The translations under genes were made by a program, and so were the position numbers. From Octopus vulgaris (taxonomy: Eukaryota): DNA of 64,000 nt. Below are positions 26,725-39,711 of this stretch, one piece after another. The stretch is taken from the NCBI GenBank assembly GCA_951406725.2, contig OX597827.1, forward strand, positions 31,744,001 through 31,808,000, in the 5' to 3' direction. A model generated the notes under the pieces. It did no database searches, was not told the origin of the DNA, and saw only the letters and a program-made list of their open reading frames with translations. The first letter of the stretch is position 1; every line of letters begins with the position of its first letter.

Positions 26725-28546
26725 ATCATCATCATCATCATCATCATCATCATTTAGCGTCCGTTTTCCATGCTAGCATGGGTTGGACAGTTCTGCTGGG
26801 GTCTGTGAAGCCAGAAGGCTTCATCAGGCCCAGTCAAATCTGGCAGTGTTTCTACGGCTGGATGCCCTTCCTAACGCCAACCACTCCGTGAGTGTAGTGG
26901 GTGCTTTTTACGTGCCACCCGCACTGGTGCCAGACAGAGCTGGCAAACGGCCACGAACAAATGGTGCTTTTTATGTGCCACCGGCACGAGGGCCAGGCGA
27001 GGCTGGCAACGGACACGAAACGGGGCGGTGCTGGCAACGGTCGCGAAACGGAAAGTTCTCTTACATGCCACCGGCACTGGTAACACATCTGCAATTTCCA
27101 TTGATCGATTTCCATTGATCGATTTCGATTCTGATCCTCACTTGCCTCAATGGGTCTTCACAAGCAGAGTTTCGACATGCCACCGGCACTGGTAGCACAT
27201 CCGCAATTTCCATTGATCGATTTCGATTCTGATCCTCACTTGCCTCAACACGTCTTCACAAGTAGAGTTTTGTGTCCCAAGAAGGGAAGGTATGCATACG
27301 TAGGCTGGCTCCATCCCATGTAGAAGGCCACGGGTTGTGGACTCACTTGTCCTGCCGGGTCTTCTCGCGCACAGCACACTTCCAGAGGTCTCGGTCTCTA
27401 GTCATTTCCTCAGTGAGACCTAAAGTTCGAAGGTCGTGCTTCACCACCTCGTCCCAGGTTTTCCTGGGTCTGCCTCTTCCACAGGTTCCCTCAACCGCTA
27501 GGGTGTGGCACTTTTTCACACAACTATCTTCATCCATTCTCGCCACATGACCATACCAGCGCAAACGTCTCTCTTGCACACCACAACTGATGCTTCTTAG
27601 GTCCAGCTTTTCTCTCAAGGTACTTACACTCTGCCGAGTGTGAGCACTGACATTACACATCCATCGGAGCATACTGGCTTCATTTCTAGTGAGCTTACGC
27701 ATATCCTCAGCAGTCACGGCCCATGTTTCACTGCCATGTAGCATGGCTGTTCGTACACACGCATCATACAGTCTGCCTTTCACTCTGTGCGAGAGGCCTT
27801 TTGTCACCAGCAGAGGTAAGAGCTCTCTGAACTTTGCCCAAGCTATTCTTACTCTAGCAGTTACACTTTCAGCACACCCGCCCCCGCTGCTGACTTGGTC
27901 ACCTAGGTAACGGAAACTATCAACTATTTCTAGTTTTTCTCCCTGGAAAGTGACAGAAGTTGGTCTCAGAGCATTTTCAGTGTTTATTGTTCCTGAGCAT
28001 CTGCCACATACAAAAACCATCTTCCTAGTTAGCCTTCCTTTGACATTGCTGCATCTCTTATGTGTCCATAGCTTACACTTGGTGCATCTTATAGAGTTTC
28101 TACCTACACCTTTTCTACAGATCGAGCAGGGCCATCTACCTGAAGGTGTTTGTGATTTGTCAACCTTCCTACTGATTACGACTTTGGTTTTAGCTAGATT
28201 GACTCTGAGGCCCTTCGATTCTAATCCTTGTTTCCACACCTGAAACTTCTCCTCCAGTTCTGATAGCGACTCAGCAATTAGAGCAAGGTCATCAGCATAG
28301 AGGAGCTCCCAAGGGCATCCTGTCTTGAATTCCTCCGTTATTGCCTGGAGGACTATGATAAATAGGAGGGGGCTGAGTACTGAGCCTTGGTGGACCCCTA
28401 CCTCTACCCGGAATTCTTCACTGTACTCATTTCCAACCCTCACCCTACTAGCGGCGTCCCTATACATGGCCCGCACAGCTCTCACTAACCATTCATCTAT
28501 CCCTAGTTTTCCTCATTGCCCACCAGATAAGGGATCGGGGACCCTG
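26725..28546 (-). mobile_element. Second copy of the same RTE LINE, cut off by the assembly gap
   Basis: ORF 27343-28485 is near-identical in protein to 34041-35756 (YADD, PHD-like Cys cluster, RWYGHV). It has the same 3' UTR repeats and a (cat)n tail on the + strand. Confidence 0.92.
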
Positions 28547-28646
28547 NNNNNNNNNNNNNNNNNNNNNNNNNNNNNNNNNNNNNNNNNNNNNNNNNNNNNN
28601 NNNNNNNNNNNNNNNNNNNNNNNNNNNNNNNNNNNNNNNNNNNNNN
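28547..28646. other. Assembly gap (100 N)
   Basis: Run of N. Confidence 1.
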
Positions 28647-29982
28647 ACTCAGAGCACAAAGACAGACGAAATACCGCTAGGCATTTCGCTCGGGGTGCTA
28701 ACGTTTCTTATTTCTTTATTATCCACAAGGGGCTAAACATAGAGGGAACAAACAAGGACAGATAAAGGGATTAAATCGATTACATCGACCCCAGTGCGTA
28801 GTTGGTACTTAATTTATCGACCCCGGAAGGATGAAAGGCAAAGTCGACCTCGGCGGAATTTGAACTCAGAACATAAAGACAGACGAAATACCTATTTCTT
28901 TACTACCCACAAGGGGCTTAACACAGAAAGGACAAACAAGGACAGACAAACGGATTAAGTCGATTATATCGACCCCAGTGCATAACTAGTACTTATTTAA
29001 TCGACCCCGAAAGGATGAAAGGCAAAGTCTTCTTCGGCGGAATTTGAACTCAGAACGTAAGGTACTTCGCCCGGCGTGCTAACGATTCTGCCAGCTCGCC
29101 ACCCCCAGTTTCTATATAATGGCACCAGCAGAACTGATTAAGTAAATGATACAGGGAATTATCTGGCTGGTCGCCTAAATAACGTCAACATGGCATTAAT
29201 CCAAGTGGATGGTGTAACAATTCGTTATGACCACAAGACGAGGAGGAGCAACCGGATGTTTATGATGTTATTACAAATTAGTTCGAAATCATTTGGTTCA
29301 AGACTCATATATGTCGTCAAAGTTAAAGTACCAGCTTGGAGACCGATTGAATAGGATCAAATAACATTCTTGGCTGCCATGAAGATGTTTTAATCTAAGC
29401 GATCATACTTGTACAAATAGACAGACAGACGGGGCCACACTTACTCAAACATACTAATAAAATATATACACATATGTCTATGTGGTAAGAAGGCACAGGC
29501 GTGGCTGTGTGGTTAGAGCCTTGCTCCCAACCACATGGTACCGGGTTCGGTCCCACTACGTGGCACCTGGAGCAAATGTCTTCTACTATAGCCTTGGGCC
29601 GACCAAAGCCTTGTGAGTGGGTAAAGTAAATGGAAACTGAAAGAAACCCATCGTTTAAGAGTGTGTGTGTGCGCGCGCGTCTGCTATCGCTTGACAACCG
29701 TAACAGAGCCGATAGAATAAGTACTGGGCTTACAAAGAATAAGTCCTGGGGTTCATTTCTTCGATTAAAAATCTTGGTATTGCTCCAGTATGGTCGCAGT
29801 TAGATGACTGAAACAGACCCCAAACACTGTCGACCCGAGGCCTCTTTAAAATATGGAGGGAGAAAAACCTCGTTTTTAAGGGTAAAATCTAGGCAGATAG
29901 GCACGCGCGCGCGCACACACACATCGTTTGTAGAAATACATAAATCCGGAGAAGTACACTCTAAGATGTAGAGCAGTTAAGT

Positions 29983-30808
29983 TATAGAGGGGTAGGCCAG
30001 TTTATGGGTTTATAAACCTGCTCATAACGGGTTTAGCCTTACGTTGTATATTCAGACCCCAAACACTGTTAACCTGAGGCCTCTATAAAATATGGAGGAA
30101 GAAAAACCTCGTTTTTAAGGGTAAAACCTTAGGTGATTATCTCCCTTCACTATTGTCCATCGGTTTTCGGCCGCTCTGCCATCTTGCGGTCACCAAAGCA
30201 CCACGAAGGTAAACGATTGTCTCCCTTCGGCCTTGGCTATTAGTTTCTGGCTGTGGTGTCGCCTGGAAAAGAGATAAGTGACATTGCTGGCCAGCTATTT
30301 CTTGCAATTACGAGACGAAGATATTCCATACTCACTCACATGGAAAATACCCGAGAATCCAAGCCCCTACATCAACGGGACCAAATGGTGCAAGTTATGC
30401 ATTGCCGAACGCATGAGGACCCTTAAAGATTCACTCATGCCAGGAAGTATTCTGAACTCTAGCACAGAGATTTTCGGACCATGCCTGCATTTTAGAAAAC
30501 TCCAGCTGGCTTTTTAGAATCCGCATGGCAGCACTACAGCCAAAGACCAATAGCCAAGATTGAAGAGAGACAATCGTTTACCTTTGTAATGCTTTGGTGA
30601 CCACAAGTTGGCAGTGTGGCTGAAGACCGATGGACAATAGCAAAGGGAGATAATTACCTAGGGTTTTACCCTTAAAAATAGGTTGTTCCCCACTCCATAT
30701 TTTAAAGAGGTGTCAGGCCAGCTGTGTTTACGGTCTGAAAATAAGCCATAAGGCTAAACCCATTATGAGTGAGAAACCCAGGGTAACCCCATAAACCAGC
30801 CTACCCTG

Positions 30809-30813
<5 letters not shown>
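29983..30813. mobile_element. Penelope-like GIY-YIG C-terminal remnant between roughly 280-bp inverted arms
   Basis: ORF 30278-30517 LASYFLQLRD..YSLTWKI...PYINGTKWCKLCIAE...ILNSSTEIFGPCLH matches the PLE endonuclease tail (W-x-I...PY...C-x-L-C-x-x-E...LN...E...C-x-H). Arms are 29983-30265 and 30524-30813, with an extra partial arm at 29814-29893. Confidence 0.75.
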
Positions 30814-30852
<39 letters not shown>

Positions 30853-30857
30853 ACCTC

Positions 30858-31065
30858 AAAATGTGACCTCGTGTGTACCGTTGACGATTTTTTTCCCTCT
30901 GTCTTCCCTTCTCTGGATCCTTCCTTCTCCTATGTTTCCGACGAAGAGCTCCACTCGAAACGTTAAACCCTCCTTTTTTCCTTCTTTCCCGAGCGTCCGA
31001 TACTATATTTGTTCCACGTCCTCGCGTTGTTGTGTTTTTTTGTGTTTTCTTGTTTGGATTGACTT
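30858..31065 (+). mobile_element. Pseudo-LTR of the same PLE family as 1483-1690 with variant hammerhead (30934-30968)
   Basis: Near reverse complement of 1483-1690. It reads gttt-CCGACGA-a-gagctccactc-GAAA-cg-TT-aaac. Confidence 0.7.
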
Positions 31066-31126
<61 letters not shown>

Positions 31127-31154
31127 ATATATACACACACACATATATATGCAT

Positions 31155-31187
<33 letters not shown>

Positions 31188-31410
31188 GTTTAACGTCCGT
31201 TTTCCGCGCTAGCACGGGTTGGACGGTTTCGACCGGGGTCTGGGGAGCTCGGGACTGCCCCAGGCTCCAATCTAGTCTGGCAGTGTTTCTACAGCTGGAT
31301 GCCCTTCCTAACGCCAACCACTCCGCGAGTGTAGTGGGTGTTTTTTACGTGCCACCTGCACAGGTGCCAGAGGGGTCTGGCATCGGCCACGCTCGGATGG
31401 TGCTTTTTAT
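31155..31410 (-). mobile_element. Short 3'-UTR-only copy of the RTE LINE. Others at about 19650, 38230, 41690, 43400, 50680, 53625.
   Basis: ggatgcccttcctaacgccaaccactcc plus (cat)n tail, matching 26725-26920 and the reverse complement of 36095-36232. Confidence 0.8.
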
Positions 31411-31664
31411 GTGGGGGGTGGTGGTGCAGAAATATAGGGGAGCACCAGTGGGGAGGGGTGGTTCAGAGAAATGATGACAGGTTCTAGGCAAGTAGAACGT
31501 AGGATATCGAGAGAGGGGTAATGCATGGTGAAATAGCGTATTGAAGAGGGGGTTCGAAGAGTAGACACCTATAATGGTGGTGGGAGAAGCGACATCCGGT
31601 ATAGATGGAGCAAAATATAGAGATATCCGGTATTGGTGGTGGGGGTGGGCAGGGCGGGTGCACC

Positions 31665-32404
31665 GCGAAGATACGAAGTTTGATTTTAGACGAATGAAGA
31701 TAGATAGATAGAGAAATTTGATAAATAGTTAGACAGATAGAGAAACATAAATAAATGGTAACCGAAGTGAAAATTAAGCATTCAACTTATCTGCACTCAG
31801 GACTACAGCTTGTAGATGAATGAGAGAGTGAGAGAGAGAGAGAGAGAGAGAACATATGTGTATTAGAGGGGACATACTTCAAGATGGCGCGAAGATACGA
31901 AGTTTGATTTTAGACGAATGAAGATAGATAGATAGAGAAATTAGATAGATAGAGAAATTTGATAAATAGTTAGACAGATAGAGAAACATAAATAAATGGT
32001 AACCGAAGTGAAAATTAAGCATTCAACTTATCTGCACTCAGGACTACAGCTTGTAGATGAATGAGAGAGTGAGAGAGAGAGAGAGAGAGAGAACATATGT
32101 GTATTAGAGGGGACATACTTCAAGATGGCGCGAAGATACGAAGTTTGATTTGTAGATAGAATAGATAGATAGATAGATAGAGAAATTAGATAGATAGAGA
32201 AATTTGATAAATAGTTAGACAGATAGAGAAACATAAATAAATGGTAACCGAAGTGAAAATTAAGCATTCAACTTATCTGCACTCAGGACTACAGCTTGTA
32301 GATGAATGAGAGAGTGAGAGAGAGAGAGAGAGAGAACATATGTGTATTAGAGGGGACATACTTCAAGATGGCGCGAAGATACGAAGTTTGATTTTAGACG
32401 AATG

Positions 32405-32448
<44 letters not shown>

Positions 32449-32502
32449 GAAATTAGATAGATAGAGAAATTTGATAAATAGTTAGACAGATAGAGAAACA
32501 TA
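31665..32502. repeat. Tandem array of about 225-243 bp units (3.5 copies)
   Basis: gcgaagatacgaagtttgattt recurs at about 31665, 31890, 32130 and 32373. Confidence 0.9.
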
Positions 32503-32574
32503 AGAGGGAGTATCCGGTGTAGATGGTGAGAACAGTGTTCACCGGTATTGGTGGTGGGGGTGGGAGGGCGGGCG

Positions 32575-32873
32575 CACCGCGCATTGGGAGAAGATGAGGT
32601 TTTAGGCGGCAGAAAGAAGACAGGATTGAGATGAAATGCTTTGCGGTGGTGTGAATAAGTTTTTGTGAGTGAAAGTTTTTGTGAGTGAAAGTTTTTATGC
32701 TTCAGCTAGCATTTGAGACGAAAGACAACGATAACGCTATTAGATGGGGATACAATAATAATAAGGCTTGCAAAAACAATGAAAAGAGGAAACAGGTCGG
32801 GAACTTAGCTGATGTTTTTCATCCTGCGGTATTGGCTAAGCCTGTGGAAGCGAGTGAAGGTGAGATATATACC

Positions 32874-32918
<45 letters not shown>

Positions 32919-32947
32919 TGAAAACAGAGGGAGAACCGACACCACAT

Positions 32948-32996
<49 letters not shown>

Positions 32997-33019
32997 CAGA
33001 GGGAGAACCGACACCACAT

Positions 33020-33056
<37 letters not shown>

Positions 33057-33306
33057 GTGACACCGCGCATTGGGAGAAGATGAGGTTTTAGGCGGCAGAA
33101 AGAAGACAGGATTGAGATGAAATGCTTTGCGGTGGTGTGAATAAGTTTTTGTGAGTGAAAGTTTTTGTGAGTGAAAGTTTTTATGCTTCAGCTAGCATTT
33201 GAGACGAAAGACAACGATAACGCTATTAGATGGGGATACAATAATAATAAGGCTTGCAAAAACAATGAAAAGAGGAAACAGGTCGGGAACTTAGCTGATG
33301 TTTTTC
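32575..33306. repeat. Direct duplication of about 245 bp (32575-32819 and 33061-33305)
   Basis: Identical text caccgcgcattgggagaagatgagg...ttagctgatgttttt. Confidence 0.9.
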
Positions 33307-33805
33307 TGAACCACTACAATATAAGACTGTCATTTTTGCTTCTCATTCGGACTCCCTGATATTTTCGCATGATTGTACCCTAAATCTCTCCACAAAACTG
33401 GATTACGAACTATAAGGACATACACAAATTTTGTAAGTTCAAGACTTTTTCATCAGATCTCCAAAAAATCGAACTTATCTGCGATTCTTGTAAATTTCAA
33501 TAACAATCTGTTCCTCTACACGATATGACAGTCACTATGTTTTTACTCAGACTTTCCTCTACATGATGTGGCAGTCACTTTGCCTCTTACTCGGATTTTC
33601 AGAAATTTTGCATGACTGTATCCGAAAACTTCTTCATACAACTTGATCAAATATTCAATATGAGCTATATGTAGACATGCATAAATTCTATAGGTTTAAA
33701 ACCTTTCATCGGATCTCCATGAATCGAACTTTCTTCAATGCAGTTAATCTTACAACCTCTTTTGTATCTACCCCTTTTGATGTTTGGGAATTCTCTGATA
33801 TTTTT

Positions 33806-33889
33806 TCGGCTGACGAGTACGAGCCATCTGTATTCACTGCATTTTTTGTAGCTTATTAAAGATGTCCTCGTACGAAACGATCGTACCGA
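33806..33889 (+). ncRNA. Type I hammerhead ribozyme, intact core
   Basis: UCGG-CUGACGA-GUACGAG...CUCGUAC-GAAA-CGAUCG-UA-CCGA. Stem II is 7 bp with a CAUCU/AGAUG extension, stem III is the palindrome ACGAUCGU, predicted cut after 33885. Confidence 0.88.
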
Positions 33890-33917
33890 GATTTTAATCC
33901 ATTCTTGTTGCTTTTTT

Positions 33918-33953
<36 letters not shown>

Positions 33954-33956
33954 AAT

Positions 33957-36232
33957 AAAGAGAGTCTGCCGAATATCGACCCAACAGATGGACCAGCAAT
34001 CCGAGTTGACAGTTCCTTAGTAGTTAAGGCAATTACAAGCATGAAAACAGGGAAAGCCCCAGGCCCATCAGGAATTGCTGCAGAGATGCTCAAAATATCT
34101 GGTAGTGTCGGCTATGGCCTAGTCACCCGTATAGTTAACCAGGTGATACACGAAGGAGTCAATCCCAATGACTGGTGTAGCAGCATAATAGTCAACTGCT
34201 ACAAAGGTAAAGGTGACGCCCTAGATACAAATAACTACAGGGGTATCAAGCTGCTGGATCAGGTAATGAAGGTTACGGAGAGGATTATAGCCCAACTAAT
34301 TAGAGAGAGAGTTAGCTTAGATGAGATGCAGTTTGGGTTCGTGCCAGGGAAAAGTACTACTGATGCTATATTCCTGGTAAGACAGCTGCAGGAGAAATAC
34401 CTAGCTAAAGATAAGCCCCTGTACCTGGCTTTTGTTGACATGGAGAAAGCCTTTGACAGGGTCCCCCGATCCCTTATCTGGTGGTCAATGAGGAAACTAG
34501 GGATAGATAAATGGTTAGTGAGAACTGTGCGAGCCATGTACAGAGACGCTGCTAGTAAGGTGAGGGTTGGCAACGAGTACAGTGAAGAATTCCGGGTAGA
34601 CGTTGGTGTCCACCAAGGTTCAGTCCTCAGTCCCCTCCTATTTATCATAGTCCTCCAGGCAATAACGGAGGAATTCAAGACAGGATGCCCCTGGGAGCTC
34701 CTCTATGCTGATGACCTCGCTCTAATTGCTGAGTCACTATCAGAACTGGAGGAGAAGTTTCAGGTGTGGAAGCAAGGTTTAGAATCGAAGGGCCTTAGAA
34801 TCAACCTAGCCAAAAGCAAAGTCCTAATAAGTAGGAAGGTAGACCAATCACAAACGCCTTCAGGTAGATGGCCCTGCTCGATCTGTAAAAAAGGTGTAGG
34901 TAGAAACTCTATAAGGTGCACCAAGTGTAAGCTATGGACACATAAGAGGTGCAGCAATGTCAAAGGAAGGCTAACTAAGAAAATAGTTTTTGTCTGTGGC
35001 AGATGCTCAGGAGCAATGAACGCTGAAAATGTGCAGAGACCAACTTCTACCACGTTCCAGGGAGAAAAACTAGAAGTAGTTGATAGCTTCCGCTACCTAG
35101 GTGACCAAATCAGTAACGGGGGTGGGTGTGCTGTAAGTGTAACTGCTAGAGTAAGAATTGCCTGGGCAAAGTTTAGAGAGCTCTTACCCCTGCTGGTGAC
35201 AAAAGGCCTCTCGCTCAGAGTAAAAGGCAGACTGTATGATGCATGTGTACGTACAGCCATGCTACATGGTAGTGAAACATGGGCTGTGACTGCTGAGGAT
35301 ATGCGTAAGCTCGCAAGAAATGAAGCCAGTATGCTCCGATGGATGTGTAATGTCAGTGTTCATACTCGACAGAGTGTAAGTACCTTAAGAGAAAAGTTGG
35401 ACCTAAGAAGCATCAGTTGTGGTGTGCAAGAGAGACGTTTGCGCTGGTATGGTCATGTGACGAGAATGGCTGAAGATAGTTGTGTGCAAAAGTGCCACAC
35501 CCTAGCAGTTGAGGGAACCTGTGGAAGAGGTAGACCCAGGAAAACCTGGGACGAGGTGGTGAAGCATGAACTTCAAACTTTAGGTCTCACCAAGGAAATG
35601 ACTAGAGACCGACACTATGGAAGTATGCTGTGCATGAGAAGACCCGGCAGGACTAGTGAGACCATAACCCGTGGCCTCTACCTGGTATGTAGCCAGTCGA
35701 CTTATACATACCTTTCCTTCTTGGGACACAAAACTCCACTTGTGAAGACCCGTTGAGGCAAGTGAAAATCAAAATCAAAATCAAAATCAAACCAAATCAA
35801 ATCAGATATCAGAAAGCAGAACCAAAATCGAAGTCGATCAACATCAATGGAAATTGCCGCCCCGACTGGCTTCCGTGCCGGTGGCACGTAAAAAGCACCA
35901 TCCATTCATGGCCGTTGCCAGCCTCGCCTGGCCCCCGTGCTGGTGGCACATAAAAAGCACCATCCGATTGTGGCCATTGCCAGCCTCGCCTGGCCCCCGT
36001 GCCGGTGGCACGTAAAAGCACCATCCGTTCGTGGCCGTTTGCCAGCCCCGTCTGGCACCTGAGCGGGTTGCCCGTAAAAAGCACCGTCTACACTCACGGA
36101 GTGGTTGGCGTTAGGAAGGGCATCCAGCCGTAGAATAACTGCCAGATTAGACTGGGCCTGATGCCTGATGCTAGCATTGAAAGCGGACGCTAAATGATGA
36201 TGACGATGATGATGATGATGATGATGATGATG
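33957..36232 (+). mobile_element. 5'-truncated RTE-clade LINE: RT domain, internal PHD-like finger, 3' UTR with tandem repeats and (TGA)n tail
   Basis: ORF 34041-35756 has KAPGPSG, NYRGIKLL, QFGF, FVDMEKAFDRV, GVHQGSVLSP, YADD, FRYLG and RRLRWYGHV...RGRPRKTW. Comparison with the second copy shows a frameshift near 35610. The 3' region ends in gacgctaaa(tga)n. Confidence 0.92.
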
Positions 36233-36441
36233 ATATATTTATATAGATATATATATATACAATTACATATAAGAGAGAGGGTACGTATGCTGCAATATAT
36301 ATATGTATAAAAAATACAACCTGGGACAAGAACGCAAAACATTTTGATGACAACTGAAGATTGAAGGCTTCGAATGTCGCGTCCGTGTTTTTTGTGTCGT
36401 CATAAAAATGTTTTGTGTTCTTGTCCCAGTTTGTATTTTTT

Positions 36442-36489
<48 letters not shown>

Positions 36490-36529
36490 ATATATACATA
36501 CATACATTATATATATATAGAGGGCCAAA

Positions 36530-36913
36530 GGTACTTTTTGGTTATCACACCGGCATTAAAAAATTGTCATTAAAAAATTGGTTTCTCTCCCCACTAAAAA
36601 ATAAAGTTAACATGGCGACAAGAGATTGGATTAAAAGGGTTGGATCCTTTTGATTCAGTACTTCAACACATTGTTGACTTTTGGCTTCCTCGATAGGAAT
36701 GGTAGGATTGGTTATAAAAATGTTATCAGATTCAAAACGATGTTTCTTTTTCTCACTTTTCCTGTTTATTAATTTTCTCAATTTTCTTTTCGTTTTATTG
36801 AGGGTTAAACAATTTACTTTAGTTAAGGGAGATGACCAAAAGTGCCGATATTTCTTGTAAAACGGGAAGAGATAACCCAATTTTTTAATGGGGGTGAGAT
36901 AACCAAAAAGTAC
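36530..36913. mobile_element. TIR element (MITE)
   Basis: gtactttttggttatcacacc..cattaaaaaattg / caattttttaatg..ggtgagataaccaaaaagtac. Confidence 0.75.
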
Positions 36914-37448
36914 TGGGCTGAATTTAGGCTGGTTGAGTCATCTGGCACATTTTCTTGAGAACTTCTAATTGTTAATTCTTACCTGTACTGACCTGATGAA
37001 AACTTTTTTTTTGCATTATATAACACTGCTGTTCATCAATAAAAATGCAGGTAAAACAGTTGTAAAGAACTGCAATCTATCTGTTGTTATTTACTCACAC
37101 ACACACACACAGAGGCACACCATTTATTTTCTGGTAACTATTGGTTCTGCCCCTCTAATCTGGATAAATCACAAAGAGGAACTTAAAACACCCTTCACTG
37201 ATAGTCTAGTTTATGGCACAGCCACAGTTGGTGTTACTATTTTACATGTTTCAGTCATTTGACTGTGGCCATGCTGGGGCATCGCCTTTAGTCAAGCAAA
37301 TTGACTCCAGGACTTGTTCTTTGTAAGCCTAGTACTTATTCTATCAGTCTCTTTTATCGAACCGCTAAGTTACTGGGACATAAACACATCAGCATTGGTT
37401 GTCAACCGATGTTGGCGGGGACAAACAGACACACAAACACACACACAC

Positions 37449-37491
<43 letters not shown>

Positions 37492-38185
37492 ATGGGCTTC
37501 TTTCAGTTTCCGTCTACCAAATCCACTCACAAGGCTTTGGTCAGCCCGAGGCTATAGTAGAAGACACATGTCCAAGGTGCCATGCAGTAGGACTGAACCT
37601 GGAACCATGTGGTTGGTAAGCAAGCTACTTACCACACAGCCACTCCTGCACCTAATGTTGTGCATTAATTATTAGGCTGTTGTTAGTAGTGATACCAAAA
37701 TTTTGAGAAATTCTCTGCGTACTTGGTGTGAAGTCAATCTAAGGTATGACTTCTACAGGTAGAAAACCTGAAGGTGTTAATGTTAACATCAGACATAAAC
37801 ATCAATCCATATCAGAGTAGATCAGATGGTGTGGGTGTGGCACATGTGCTGTTGCAGTGCTTTCAGGTGACCTGTCTAGCAGAGTCTTGGGTGGTCCCCA
37901 TCTCTGCGAGATAACTCCTCATGTGCTGCAACTATGGGACATATGGTCAACTGACACAAGCCGTCAACCTGGCCAGATCCTCAGTGAACTGAACACAGTA
38001 AACAGATAAAACAAAACTTTTCATGGGTGCAGACATGGCTGTGTGGTAGGAGGTTTTCTTCCCAATCAGATGATTCTGGGTTCAGTCCCACTGCATGGAA
38101 CTTTGGGCAATTGTCTTCTACTATAGCCTTGGGCCAGCCAAAGCCTTGTGGGTGGATTTGGTAGACAGAAACTGAAAGAAGCCCA

Positions 38186-38229
<44 letters not shown>

Positions 38230-38952
38230 CATCATCATCACCATCATTGTCATTTAACATCCGCTTTCCATGCTGGCATGAGTTGACAGTTTGACTGAGG
38301 ACTGGTGAGCAGAAGACTGCACCAGGCTCCAATGTGATCTGGCAAAGTTTCAACAGCTGGATGCTCTTCCTAACACCCACCAACTCTGAGAGTGTAGTGG
38401 GTGCTTTTATGTGCCACCAACATGAGGGCCAATCAGGTGGTACTGGCAATGACCACGCTCAAAATGTGTTTTTTACGTGCCACCTGCACAGGAGCCAGTC
38501 TGGCAACACTGGCAATGACCACACTCGAATGTTGTTATTTACGTGCTGCTGTGCCAGTAAGGTGACGCTGGCACATGTATATATATGTGTATATATCTGT
38601 GCATGTGTCTGTTTTTGTCCCCCACCACCACTTGACGGTAGGTGTTGGTGTGTTTATGTCCCTGTAACTTTGCAGTTCAACAAGAGAGATTGATAGAATA
38701 AGTATCAGGCTTAAAGAAGTCCTGGGGTTGATATATTTGACTAAAAGTTCTTTGAGGTGGTGCCTTAAAATGGCTGCAGTCTAACAACTGAAATAAGAAC
38801 AAGATAAAACATAAATGATGGCACTTAGAATGAATAATTTGTTGGTTAGACATGTGTTACATTATCATTAAGTAAGGCTTGTCTGGCAAAATGGTTAAAT
38901 TGTCAAGACTTTGGAGCCCAGAATATTGAAAAACCAGTGGTGTACTTGCATA

Positions 38953-39178
38953 TGAGGTGGCTGCTAACTTTGGCTAAAAGTTCTTGGCTTTGGGTAAACG
39001 AAAATACAGGAGGATCAGTTAATTATGATTTTATTCAACATTTCCCCCCCTCAAATTCACACGCTTATTGCAGCAGTCTTTTAGTTTTTTAAGCCCTGTA
39101 AAAGAACTCGGAGGGTTGGGCCTCCAAAAAGGCCTTTCGTGATACCCTTAAAGCCAGGAACTTTACAACACTCCCTTG
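38953..39178. mobile_element. Mariner-like MITE, degenerate
   Basis: aaagttcttggcttt / aaagccaggaacttt inverted ends, followed by TA. Confidence 0.55.
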
Positions 39179-39416
39179 TATTATATCATAGAAAGCTAAT
39201 TAATAAGTGAATAAATAAATGAAAACAACAAACAATCCAAAAAGGTTTAGGAAACTTTTAATGGTAATTCTTTATAAACAGTTTCCAGAGATTGTAGGGA
39301 ATTATATAATTAAAGAATCTAAAATATCTGTGTGTAATTATGTGCGTGTGTGCGAGATCTAGTCTTGGGTTCATAATGTTCTTTTATGCTGATTCAGTAT
39401 AAGAAAATATACTTAG

Positions 39417-39462
<46 letters not shown>

Positions 39463-39648
39463 AATGTGAAATTTGGCAGACACGATTGCAGATATTTGAC
39501 CCTTGTTCAGTGATAATAGAGAAATATATCCATATATGTGTATATATATAACTGTGTACATATATGTGTGTTTATATGTCATTTCATGTGTGTGTATGCA
39601 CACACACACACATGCACACATAAAAGTACATATACACATGTACATGTG

Positions 39649-39711
<63 letters not shown>

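Noticed and set aside
30068-30122. Hammerhead-like cctgagg...gaaaaacctcgttttta in the inverted arms
   Set aside because: The core lacks CUGANGA and stem I cannot be closed convincingly.
31665-32502. CRISPR-like array
   Set aside because: Eukaryotic context, and whole units repeat with no unique spacers.
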